Positions 12,040 to 24,820 of a DNA stretch of 64,000 nt are shown here, piece after piece. Every line of letters begins with the position of its first letter. Positions within the stretch are counted from its first letter, which is position 1. Made by a program: the position numbers and the translations under genes. Source of the stretch: Octopus sinensis (Eukaryota); assembly GCF_006345805.1 (NCBI RefSeq), contig NC_043007.1, positions 42,098,001-42,162,000 of the forward strand. The letters run 5' to 3'. Under the pieces are notes generated by a model that saw nothing but the letters and a program-made list of their open reading frames with translations, ran no database searches and was not told the origin of the DNA.

Positions 12040-12800
12040 CCAGACCTCCCAAACCAGCTCATTCCCCTGATCCCACCGACACACTACCACACTTGCCCTT
12101 ACACCACCCTTTTCACAGGCACCCATCATCGACCCTATCATATCACTGCCTCCTTCACCTGCACTTCTAAGAATGTCATCTACTGCATCTCTTGCTCTCT
12201 CTGACCTTTATACATCGGTCAAATGGGATGCTGCTTGGCTGACTGGTATGTGGAACACCTTTGAGACATCCGACTCGGCAACGACACCCTGGTCTCATGC
12301 CATTTCCGCTCTACCAGTCACTCTTTATAACCCCTGTCTATGTTCGGATTCTCCTTGCACAGTGGCCATCTGGACTTGTGTCTTCACCATGAGCAGAGAT
12401 TAATATTCTCTCTTCAGTCCTTTGCACCACATGGGCTCAATTCTCTTCTCCTCTTCATCTAACCCTCCTCCTATCTCCTCTCTTCCTCTCACACCTACTT
12501 CCTTCCACCCATCTCCCCTCTCTTACTCTGACACCTACTTTCTCTCTTCACTCCTACCCACCTTCTCCCTTCCACACTCTCCCTTCACCTGTGTGACCCC
12601 TCTGTCTGGCATTCGCCATGATAGATTGCTAGCCACTAAACCTTTTTCTGTTTTCTCTCCCTGTTTATTTCTGTGTTCCTTTCTGTTGAAGAGCATAGGC
12701 TCAAAACGTAAAAGACCTTCTCACTTCCTGAGTGTTAAACTAATACATCTGTTTGTTGTTTACACACCTGTCTTTGTCTTTTGTTTTTTTTAAATTCTCA
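12040..12800 (+). mobile_element. Penelope-like element: GIY-YIG endonuclease remnant plus terminal region
   Basis: FTGTHHRPYHITASFTCTSKNVIYCISCSL*PLYIGQMG...EHL*DIRLGNDTLVSCHF shows the VIY...YIG motif. A terminal hammerhead-like motif lies at 12679-12715. Confidence 0.8.
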
Positions 12801-14159
12801 CTATTGATAGATTGATAGATAGACAGATAAATTGATAGATAGATAGCTGGATTGATAGATAGATATGTTTTTTATTAATAATTGGCAGAAGTTACAGAGT
12901 GGCTCAAGGGCCAAGAGTTTAAGTGCCATTGCATGAAACTCATGTCTTGGCACTTCTCAGAGTGAAACATTATCAGTGAGTCACTCTGAAACTTCCGCAA
13001 ATTATTGATAAGAAACGAATATATACTCATATTTTGAGCTCTCTTTTCCTGATTGTATCACTAAGCCTATATAGCTGGCCACTGAAGAATTTTTAGATAG
13101 ACAACTGACAATTGATGAAGAGTCATTCTTCATGTTACTTGTCCTATTTTCTATTTGTTTCTGTCATTGTTTGCATATTGAAGTCATTTGTTTTTGTATT
13201 TCATGTTTGTCTTTGATGACGTTCTGTACCCATATATGCATATGTATGTATGTGTGTGTGTGTGTGTATAACATTCGAGCGCGGTCGTTGCCAGTGCCAC
13301 CGGACTGGCTCCTGTGCAGGTGGCACGTAAAAAACACCATTCGAGCATGGCCATTGCCAGAGCTACCTGACTGGCCCTTGTACCAGTGGCGTGCAAAAGC
13401 ACCCACTACACTCTCGGTGTGGTTGGCATTAGGAAGGGTATCCAGCTGTAGAAACTCTGCCAGCTCACATATATATATATATTAAGTTTCAGTCAGCTAG
13501 CCTTCACTGGCTAGACAAGTAACAAGCAAGTGGATTTGGTTTTGTATCTCAGGCAGAGCCAAGTGAGGTCCCTACATATATATACACACTGTCTAAGAAT
13601 CTATAAGTTAGAAAAAATGTGTACTCGTATATTTGTTAAGAGTGTGAATATATTAATCGATGTGTACAGTATCATATATCCATTACAGCTGATCTTTACC
13701 AATCAGTTTCACGCTAGGGGTTTGGCAGTGTTAGGTAACAGCCTGATAACGTAACCCTGCATTCTTCAGAGGTGGCAGTTATGTATATATATATATATAT
13801 ACAAACTCACAATTTCTTTTGTACTAAACTAGTTTTTGTGTATAATACGCCCCTTTAATTTTAAGGTTTTAAAAACTGGAAAAGTGTGAAATAAGCCCAG
13901 TAATATACAAACGTACTCAAAAGTAACTGACAGCTATAAAAAAAAAGAAAAAAACTATGGTAATTTAGGTTTATCCTTTTTTTCCAGTGTTTTTGCAAAG
14001 TTATTTTTCTTTACTTAGATACCCCAATTATAAAAGAAAACCTAAGACTGATGAAGTGAAAGGCTATAAAAAAATAGTAAGGAAAAATAAAAAGCGATAA
14101 AGCAATTATTGCAAATTTGATCATCCGTAGAAAGTAAAAAGAAAAACAAACTAGTAGGA

Positions 14160-14263
14160 GTATAAGAGAAGTCCAATCCGTTATCCGCCTTCTGCTCAGT
14201 TGTGTGAATGCAGGCGAGCGAGCGAGTCGAAGTGCGCATGCGCCAGTCGTTGATCTAGCCAAG
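14160..14263 (+). promoter_or_regulatory. CpG-rich promoter / 5' UTR of PACS
   Basis: CCAAT at 14173-14177 and an NRF1-type element TGCGCATGCGC at 14233-14243. A YY1-like GATGGCGG overlaps the start codons. CpG density rises sharply relative to the flanks. Confidence 0.75.
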
Positions 14264-14382
14264 ATGATGGCGGATTCTAAATATTCTAAAGGACTGACAG
14301 TCATGTCAGGCACAAAACCCGTACCCATGAAATTGTTTGCTACACGGGAAATAGAGAAATCATCGCCCAGTTGTGTCCCGAG
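14264..14382 (+). CDS. PACS: First coding exon of phosphofurin acidic cluster sorting protein (PACS1/PACS2 family): [39 protein letters not shown](R)
   Basis: [9 protein letters not shown].E...SSPSCVPR matches the PACS2 N-terminal motif as I recall it ([23 protein letters not shown]). Ends in a perfect donor CCGAG|gtaagt, phase 2 inside the Arg codon. Confidence 0.92.
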
Positions 14383-15138
14383 GTAAGTGGTCAGCTTTGT
14401 AACTAGCCGCTGACATTTGTAGTCTCTTACTTTCTCTCTTTATAGCCAGTCCGCATAAATATATATATTATTACATTTAACCCATTCATTTCTCGTCTGT
14501 CTCCGGGAAATGAGAAACTGGAAGATTTGTGGGGAGATTTTTGTTTTCTCCTCTCACTCATCTGTCATGTGATTATTCGGCTTCCTTTTCACCATTGATA
14601 TCATATGGAAAATTTGAAGGAAAACGAAAAACTGACTGTCGCTGATATTTGTTTGTTCTGTGGTCAGCCTGTTTTTACCAACTCTAGTTCTCTTTATTTT
14701 TTTCTTACTAGAAATGTGGATTCTTATTTAGTTTCTTCTCTGCAACAGCCAAAAAAGAATAAATGAAACTACCTAGCATCAACCGTGTCTCGTTTATAAT
14801 TCTGAGGGTTTGTACCTATATTAAACTGAAGTGATCCCGCAACCCGGGTTACTGTTTATATCTCTTTCTCACATGATACATTGTCCTATGACAAAAGCAT
14901 AAATGTCTCAATCTTCATTCCTTCCTTCATCTCAAAAGCTCATGCTGCGTGTCTGTAATACATTATTACAGTTTTGTCTTGTTCGAACAGCAGTGTTTAT
15001 GTATTGCATAAACCTGTAAAAATACTCCTATACATAGTTTCACATAAGAGACATGCGTTCCTACACACCACATTCGAGACATACGTGTGGTTACATATTC
15101 ATATAAACGCTTACACATACATACACATATTCAAACCG

Positions 15139-15243
<105 letters not shown>

Positions 15244-18200
15244 CGAAGTGTGTGTTTACATATATATAGTGGCATGTTTATAGGATACGTAATCATGTAT
15301 ATGTTTACAGCCATAGGCATGTAGATATATCATACTCGTGTACTCACTTATTCGCCTATATACACGTACAGTTAATTATCGTGTAAGATATACACCTACA
15401 TAGCGACACATAAGAACGTACACACCCCAATATGCATACATGAACCCCAAAAGCCCAATGTTCTAAAACTGACGCAGACCAACAGAATTACTAACGCACA
15501 CGCAACTTGTTTAGTCATTTTTCTGATGTAAACACACAAACTAACAAATGCACACATAGTCATGTTCCTGGCCCACTCTCATATATTTAGATATATAAAA
15601 ACACACATCTATGACACAAGCAATAGCAACACACACACACACACAGCGTAGTCCCAAAAATGAAATTGAAAAATATTAAAACACTAAGCGTATCTTTTCA
15701 TACACATATTCAAATTAATATTCCCCACATTCCTAATTCGACCTGCTACAAATAGTTGACAGCTCTTCATATCCTCTCTTTCTAAAAACAAATGTACACT
15801 TTAGTTAATGTAGTTTTATATATGATAAAATAAAAATACAAAAGACGAAAATATCACGACTTTCATCACAAGTCTGTTCATTCAGAGCTGACTTGGGCCT
15901 TTACAACGAAAACATAACAATTTCTTTTACATACATACGAATATAGAGTATTTTTTCTCCCTAGTCCTTACAAATAGGAATTCATGCATAATCCTCCCAC
16001 ATTTACCATTGTCTTTTAGATCCCCACGCATGCATGTTCTCTATTTTTCACACACATATACACCGTCTTTTTAGTGTTTTGGCGCAATGCTCATATGATC
16101 CCCCAAAACATCGACTGTATGTCAGCTCTCATGAGCCGGCACTACGACGACCCTTATAGGTGATCATCTTCTTTCGTAAACTATGCTAATTATTAGTCGG
16201 TAGTTGTAAAGGTGATTGATTGCTATGGCGTTGATGTGTGCCTGGTAGATGTTTGTAGTATCATCTGTCTGTTGTGGGTGTGTCTCTTATGGTGGTCATC
16301 TTGTATGTTTTGGTTTGTGACATGTACATGTATCTCTTGTGTGCGTGTGCGCGCGTACTGCGTTTGTATGTGCGTGCAATCACACACACACACTGGGTGT
16401 CGTAGTATTTGGACAAATTTTAAATGCAAGTAACTAGGACTGAAAGAGGTGCATTTGTAAAATAAAATATGTTCCATCATTATGAGACACCATATATATG
16501 TATATATTTTCATTTATTTCACACCTCGTATAACATATGAAGATGGTGAGTTTTCTAGTTCCTTATCATCTCTTTAAAATCGTATCGAATGATCGAATCA
16601 CCTGTCTATTCTCTACTGCTCACATCTTTATTGGTGTTAACCTGCTCGACCGTCAGTGCTCGCCAGGTCAGTACTATGCTGTGCTAGTGATAATTTTGGT
16701 GCCGGTGCCTCTGCCCATGTCACTGAAACCCTGTGTGTGTATTTTTTCATCTCCAACCAATATCACCATTACTACTACTACGACCACACTATTATTACCA
16801 ATGCAATTACGAATACTACTACTATTACTACTATATGTAGTAGTAGTAGTAGTTACATTAGTATCACTCCCATCATCTACCAACAACAAACACTAATATA
16901 ACTATATTGAAAAACCATAAACATTATGCTGGATGCCATCCATCTTTCAAATTTTTATTATAATTTCCTCTGTAGTGAACAAGATGTTTGTTGAGGGAGA
17001 ATTAAAAGAAAAATTTAACATTGTTTATTGAAGACAGAAAAGTATAAACGTCAAAACAAAATACAAAGAAATCCAAGAATATTGCGTTTGAACTTGTCAC
17101 AAGACTTTTTTTGTCTTCCACTTATGATGCTGCCATAGCCGAATCCATTTCCAACTCCCTTTCTATAAATTACTTTTTTTGTTCCCCTTGAAATTGCTGT
17201 TGTTGTTTCGCCCCTCCCCCATGTCAGTCTTAATCTAGCAGACCTATGATCAAACACTCCGTCAGTGACCATCCCGTCTTTTTTTTTTTTTATATATTAT
17301 CGATTACATCATTATCTGTTATATCTTTACCCTTTTTTTAGGGTGCGATTTGTGCGTGGTGACCTTCATCTAAGTTGCTAATAACGTTTTAAAGGAATTT
17401 ATCTATCTGCAGATTTTACGTCACAATCGGAAAGTTATATATATTTCTCAGATGATCCAGTTGGAAATCAAGGTTTCTTTTTTCCATTTTTCCATCTAAA
17501 CTCTTTCGAACCCATCTATAAAGTTCGCGAGTTAAATTTGTTGGTGTTTAATCAAGGCTTGATCGGCAAAAGCGTTTAAATTTTTTTTAAACAAAGCAGA
17601 ACATTGCATTAGCAAAAAGTGCTTAATATTACAATGAGTAAGTACCCAATTAAGAGATGGAAAAATAAAATAAAATAAATCGAGTCCTCATGTTTTATTC
17701 TTTTCTTTCATACATAGTAAGTCTTCATATTGAACATGTTTCACTGTTTCAAGCTGTAAACATGTGTTTGTCGTTCGATCCCAGATTAGCCAAACTAAAT
17801 GTGATTGATATATGTATACTGAACATTTGTTAACGATATGAGGGAATGTAATAATATTAATCCATTTTTGTAGTTAGTTAATCTCAGGGACAAGTGAGCG
17901 GTTATGTTCTGTCACTTCTTCCTTTTTTTTCTTGTGAGTGCTCGTTTCGCCCCAGAACCGCTCTAACCTTGCAGACCTTTGATCAAAAGTGTTTCAACGG
18001 TGACCATCCCGTGTTATACCCAGATATATTATATCCAGTCAATGCTTTACTTATTGTAGGCGTTATTTAATCCACGGTCAACTTCGATTGAGCACTTATA
18101 ATCCAGGGTATTCCAGCCATGACTATCTTTTTGATATATCAAAGATTACGTTATCCAATGTATCCTCGTCTTAAGACTATAGGGCACACTGAGGGGAGAT

Positions 18201-19084
18201 TTGGCAGTTATTTATTGCAGGTCGGACGACTATGCAGAAGCTCTCTCTTTAGCGCGTAATTGTATATTTATGTGTATTGAAGGGTTATTTTAAATTAAAA
18301 ATATCGATGAAGTTCGTAACAATAACTGTCAGTCTACATTTGTAATTTTCAATCTCATTTTTGGTTGAAAGGAGCTTCGACGTGGCCGCACAATATACTA
18401 GAAATAGCAGTCAAATCATTCTCAAACAAAAACTCGACCGTCTTAAAATAAAAAAAAAAAGACTCATTGGATAATGTAATTCTAGATGCATTGTAGCTGG
18501 GGATATAAAACATACTGGATGGTCGGTCACCACTGGAATGTCATTCGATCGTAGGTTTGTTTGATCAGACCTGACCTGGGGTTAAACCGCAACAACAACA
18601 ACCTGTCTAAAGAAGACTTATCGTGACGCAAGATGTCGCATTGGCCATTAAACTTGAAAAGTCTGATGTTGCTGTTGTTAACGTTGGTAGTAATACTAAT
18701 GACGATGTTGTTGCTGCTGCTGCTGTTATTAGCAGTGTTGTTTTCCCCTCTATCTCTATTTGGTCCCCCCACCACCATCTTCCCTCCTTGTCCGTTTGTA
18801 TCTGTCATTTCTCGTCACAGGTAGCAACCATCCATTCCATACGTTCACATAGTGCTGTTTCCACACGACATTATTGCAATTTTACTTATTCTCCATATAA
18901 CAACAGAACAACAGTATAGTAGCATTTTAAGACTCGCGCACATTTTTTTCCTTCCCTATACTGTCGTTCAATTAATTCATTCTGTCGTCCTTCCCTCATC
19001 TTCTCTCACTCCTCAGTTTTTTCTCTGTGTGTGTGTGTCACACTGACTCTTGTTTTCTCTTTCATTCCGTTACACTCTCGAACT

Positions 19085-19310
19085 ATTTCTCTTCTCTTTC
19101 CTCATTTTTCTGTTTCACTCTCTCTCTCTCGATCTGTCTTACGCACACACATTTTCTGTTTCACTCGCTCTCTCTTTACACTCTCTCTTTCTCTCTCTCG
19201 ATCTGCCTTACTCACGCGCACACATTTTCTGTTTCACTCGCTCTCTCTTTATACTCTATCTTTCTCTCTCTTGATCTGTTTTACTCACGCACACACATTT
19301 TCTGCCTCAC
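19085..19310. repeat. Degenerate ~73-bp minisatellite, about 3 copies
   Basis: Recurrent ttttctgtttcactcgctctctcttta...gatctg..ttac(t)cacgc(a/g)cacaca. Confidence 0.75.
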
Positions 19311-19508
19311 ACTCTTTTTGTCTTTCCTTCTCTCTCTCTCCGTCTTTCGCACACAAGCACACAGTCACAGTTTCACAGTTTCTGTCTGTGTCATTTACTT
19401 TCATTGATCTGTTAAAACATTGGTTTTTCATATTATTAAAATAACTTCCTTCATAAATTCTACTGCATTAAAAAAAAATTAACTTTAATAATATACTTAG
19501 CAACCTAG

Positions 19509-19546
<38 letters not shown>

Positions 19547-21069
19547 CGTATCAAATATTTTATTTAGTACAATAGCCTATTAAAAGTTGTCTCTATAAGC
19601 CATGTTTTTCTTAAATTTTTTTTAATCATTAGTTTGAATATAATATTTTGCAGAGCAAGACAAATCAAGTTACCTCAAAATACACATAAATTACAATATT
19701 TCTAATGAATTTCCAAAAACACATGGCATATCTTGCATGAAACTCTATGAAATGTTACTTTAGCAATATTTCGCATTATCAATCTGCAGCTTGCTTTGAT
19801 CTTTCTAAAAGCGCCTCTAGCAGTTTTCAAATTAAGAGCAAAATGGCAGGAATATTTCTTTGGTGAATAATTCAATCATTTAATAGGTTACCAGAAGTGT
19901 ATTCCAAAGATATTTTATCATTTCCTTGCAACGCTTTTCTTCTCTGCAAACTCTTTCCACTCCATTTCTTTGGAAACACCAACCGTGTCAGCCTAACTGA
20001 ATTTGTTGCAGCTAAAAATTTTCTCAAACAGTCTTGAAAATAAGAACTGCACGAGTCTGTCAAGAAATTTTTTTAAGTACCATGTGTCTTGTAAGTTTTT
20101 CAGGTTGTTAAAAATTAAAAAAAAAAGAAAGAAAAGAAAACATACCATGAATTAGATTTATTAAATTTTTATCTTTTACTTGTTTCAGTCATTGGACTGT
20201 GGCCATGCTGGGGCACTATCCTGAAAGATTTTAGTTAAACATATTGACCCCTATAATTATTTTAATTATTTGTAAGTCTAGTACTTATTCTATCGAACTT
20301 TTTTTGTTGAATTTAGCAGTTCAATAAACCAACACCAGTTGTCTTGCAGTGGTAGGAGACAGACAAAAGATGCACACATGTATACACAAACACACACACA
20401 TGACAGGCTTCCACACAATTTCCATCAATCAAATTCACCCAAGGCTTGGTTGGCCCAGGGCTATAATTAGAAGACATTTGCCTCAGGTACCACTCAGTGG
20501 AACTGTACCTGATACTACAAGGTTGCAAAGTAAATTCCTTAACTAGACATCCATGCCTATGCTGTGAATACAATAATTATTTTAAAAAAGTCAAATAACT
20601 AAGGAAGGTAACATTGGACAATGTAGTTTTTGATATCTAAAAAAAAGGGTGGGTGTGATGTGGTGGGACCTCCTTTTTGATCATAGATCTACTGAATTAA
20701 GACTAACATGGAATTAAACAATAGCAACTATAATTAATATTTATAATTAATATTTATAAATTACATGTTGTCTGTTTCAAATATTGTTTTCTGTCAGGTT
20801 TCTCTGGTAATCAATGGATGCATTGTGATTGATTTTTGTTATTTTAATCCAACAACTTTTTAAAATTAAAATCATGTGTTAAACCTCATTAAAATGCAGC
20901 AAGATACTTTATGAAAAATATAACAATGCAAATATCAAGAGATAATTCTAAATAAACTTGAAATAGATGAATAAATGACTATATATCAGTTCTCACCTGA
21001 AGATTGCAATGGCATGAAAAACAAGTTGTGAAACAAAATCTTAATTTCTGTTTCAATGAAAAAAGAAAC

Positions 21070-21500
21070 TTAGGTTGGAAAAGAAGTCCATTTCAAAATG
21101 GGAAATAAATAAATACATTTTAGATCTTAATTGATATCTTTAATCAAGTTAATATTCCTCTTCAGTATTAGTAACATAATTTCACCGATTTTGCAAATTG
21201 TCTAGCTTTCAGGCATAAAATTCTTCATGTTTCAAAAAGGAGCAACATTGAATATTATTTTTTTAACCTTTTCACAATTAATAAAACTGTATCCCCCTAA
21301 ATAATGTTACAATGATTGGTAAAGATGATAATCAGATGGAGAGCAAGGTCAGGAGAGTAAAGAGGATGAAGCAAAAATTCCATATTTAGTGCTATAATCT
21401 TTTTGTGTTACTTTGGCAATATGTAGTCTTGCATTACAACTGACCAATAACGGACACATTTTCTTCCAATTTTTGTGGAATACTTCCAGTTGATGACAAT
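21070..21500 (-). mobile_element. Mariner transposase C-terminal remnant with terminal repeat
   Basis: Minus strand gives NARLHIAKVTQ...HPLYSPDLA(fs)PSDYHL (compare HPPYSPDLAPSDYHLF). The TIR-like end ttaggttggaaaag is at about 21070. Confidence 0.8.
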
Positions 21501-22900
21501 ACCTCTCTACATTAATTGTTGCATTTTGATTCTAGTGAACCATCTACTCAGTGGATTAGTATGTAAGTGGGTGAGTACCCCACAAACACACATATCCTTG
21601 ATGTAATCCTCATGCATAATCAGTGTGACACAATGTATGAGACAATCATTCTAACAGTTTCATCCAGAAGCTTTGAATTAACCTGAGATTTATTATAAAA
21701 GATGCCATGCAATGAGATCAACATAGAACTTCATGGTTGCAAAACAAACTTCTTAACAATCTGACCATGCCATATCCAGCACTCAAAACATAGAGTGGGG
21801 AAGAGACCATGTCACTTGACTGTTAGTCTGTTAATCTGGTATTTTGTCTCTATCCTTTATTTGTTTCAGTCATTGGACTGTGGCCATGTTGGGGTACTGC
21901 CTTGACAGGTCTCAGTTGAATAAATTATAAATTGACTCCAGTACCTACTTTTTAAACCTTGTACTTATTCTATGAGTTTCTTTTGCCAAACTGCTATGTT
22001 ACAGAGATATAAGCAAACACTAGTTGTCAAGCAGTGGTGGGAGAGACCCACACACGCATCACATGCAAAAGCACCACATGCACACACACACCACACAACA
22101 GGTTTCTTTCAGTTTTCATCTACCAAATTCCCTGATAATGCTTTATTCAGCCCAGGCTCTAATAGAAGACACTTGCCCAAGATGCCATGCATTGGAACTG
22201 AGCATGATGCCAGATGGTTGGGAAGCAAGCTTCTCAGTTTGTTTCTACTTTCTAAGATACTGATTTTGGTGACCAGACTGGTAGCTGGGAGTGCTACTGC
22301 ATAGCTATGCAGAATGTGACAGAAATTTGAGTTGTGTGTTGAAACCTGTAGTATTGTTGACAATGTTCTTCTCTGTCCTGCAGCACTTAACTATTAATGT
22401 TAATAATATCATCATCAGCCCATTATTTGTTCAATTAGTAGATTTTGTTTAATTTATATTAATCTGTGATTGATAATGTGCTATTCATGCTATACTGAAA
22501 TAACAGTTAGTGATATTTTATCTTCAGAAGATAAGTTAATGTTTCATTATTAAGTTAACCTATATTTATAAACTTAATTGATATATTTTTAAAATATATT
22601 TCTATATTTTAATCAGTTTACAGGTATATTTTACATGTTTGTGTGTCCACCATACTGTTTTCAATTATACTGCATTCATGTTTCCAGAGAAATTAGTGTT
22701 ATTAGCCCTCCTAGGTCAGTTTGGTTCCAATATATCTATGATCATTAAAAGCAGTCAATCCATGACTGTCCCATTATTCTAGATACTGTATTTCAGACTA
22801 CTTTGTTCAAAGTGTTCTCTTGTTAAGGCAACATGTTTAGAAATAGGAGGAAGTACTGGAGTTAAATAGGTTTAAGTTGTAGTTGGTAGAGCTTATAGAA

Positions 22901-23130
22901 AAGGCGCTGGCAGAATCTTTAGCATGCCGGGCAAAATGCTTTGCGGTATTTCATCTGCCGTTACGTTCTGAGTTCAAATTCCGCCGAGGTCGACTTTGCC
23001 TTTCATCCTTTTGGGGTCGATAAATTAAGTACCAGTTACGCACTGGGGTCAATGTAATCGACTTAATCCGTTTGTCTGTCCTTGTTTGTCCTCTCTGTGT
23101 TTAGCCCCTTGTGGGTAGTAAAGAAATAGG
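22901..23130 (+). mobile_element. Young SINE family B copy
   Basis: Complete unit with intact CpGs (tctgccgttacgttctgagttcaaattccgccgaggtcgac). Confidence 0.85.
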
Positions 23131-23999
23131 TTTAAGAATGTTGATGAATAAAGTCTCACTTTTTAATCAGAGGGCACTTTGTTTATGGTCCAGATTGTAT
23201 TTTGTGCATGGGTTTTATTGCTGTCTGTATTTAACACCAAGTCAGTCATGACAAAGCAACTCTATGGTAATCCCATCTTCTCTTGAGACCCATTGCATGC
23301 AAAACCAATGTCTTGGTGTTCATGCCTCTCCTAAGAATGTTAATCCTATACATCCCCTAATATGTAAAAAAAAAGGACTAGCAAACAAGACAATAAGATA
23401 TTTCCCTCCATCCACCTTATTTAGAGTTGACCGTAAAACACCATATGCAAATAAAAAATACCACTCAGGCTTAGTATGAATAGGAGTAACTAAAGGATTG
23501 TTGTTTAGTTCCAGATCATCCCCATCAAGTATCAAAATTATTCCAGCTTCATTTTTTTTCCTACCTGAATTTTTAAAAGGTAAGCTGTGATTTGAGGAAG
23601 ACTTGGTTATTTTTTTTAAGCAATGACATAGAGGCTCTGTATGTGTGCACGAGTGAGTATGTGCACACATGTACAGTAAGTGCATCATTAGTGCTTGAAA
23701 CTTGTGTCAAATTGGTTAGTTGTTAGGAAAAAGTATATTCTAAGTAGAATCTTGGTGAAGTAGGTATTTAAATTTTTTTTTTTTCACCTGTGAAAGAAGA
23801 TTACTTTTAAAGTATCAAGTTTCTCATATTTTCTCACTATTTGAACTTCTAGCTCTGCAGGTGTGAAAAAAATTTTTTTCCTCTTTTTTTTTGTTTTGTC
23901 TTCATTTTTCCTGGTACATGTTATTGTTTGTGTATATAGATCTTTGCTAAAAGTTTTAGGAAATGTTTTTGAATGTATCTTAGATGAATATTTTTATTA

Positions 24000-24820
24000 T
24001 TAAGGCAGTAAACTGGCAGAATGGGTACCATGTTGAACAAGATGCTTAGTGGGCATTTCTTTCACATTCCAAGTTCTGGGGTCATATAAAATAAGTACCA
24101 GTTAAATACTAGGGTCAATGTAATCAACTTGGGCCCCTTCCCTTGAAATTGCTGGCCTCATGCCAAAATTTGGAACCATGATTATTATTATTATTATAGT
24201 TGGCAAGCTAGCAGAATTATTAGCATATTGGACAAAATGTTCAGTGATTGTTTACATTTTGAGTTCAAATATTGCCAAGGTCAACTTTGCTTTTCATCCT
24301 TGCAGAATTGATAAGTACCTGTCAAGTACTTGGGTCAATGTAATCAACTTACTCTCTCCCCTAACATTGCTAGCCTTGTGCCAAAATTTGAAACTGTTAA
24401 ACAGTAAGCTGGCAGAATCAATACTACACTGGAGAATGTGCTTAGCAGCATTTCTTCCAGTTTTGTGTTCTGTGTTCAAATTCTGCTGTTGCCTTGAATC
24501 CTTTCATGGTCTATAAAATAAGTACCAGTCAATCTATTCAACTTGCTACGCCTTCCAAAATTTCAGATCTTGTGCCTATAGCAGAAAAGATTATCATTAT
24601 TATTTGGGATTGTAGATTGACTGAAACAGTAGACCATCAAATAAAATGTATTATGATATTTAGCTGTGTCACTGCAGATTCTGATTTCAAATCTCTTGGG
24701 CTCAACTTTGCAGCTGATGAAATATGTACTAATCTAAGTATTGGAGTTGATTAAATCTGTTAATTTGTTATCCTCCTCTCACTAAATTTCCATCCTTGTG
24801 CCTATGTAATAAAAAAACAA
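24000..24820 (+). mobile_element. Head-to-tail run of about 4 SINE family B variants
   Basis: Repeated ..ctggcagaat...gagttcaaa...aagtacc(a/t)gt...aaattgctg..cttgtgcc.. units with (ATT)n-type tails. Confidence 0.7.

Noticed and set aside
19700-20070. Possible additional LINE or hAT remnant on the minus strand
   Set aside because: Too degraded to assign any diagnostic motif by eye.
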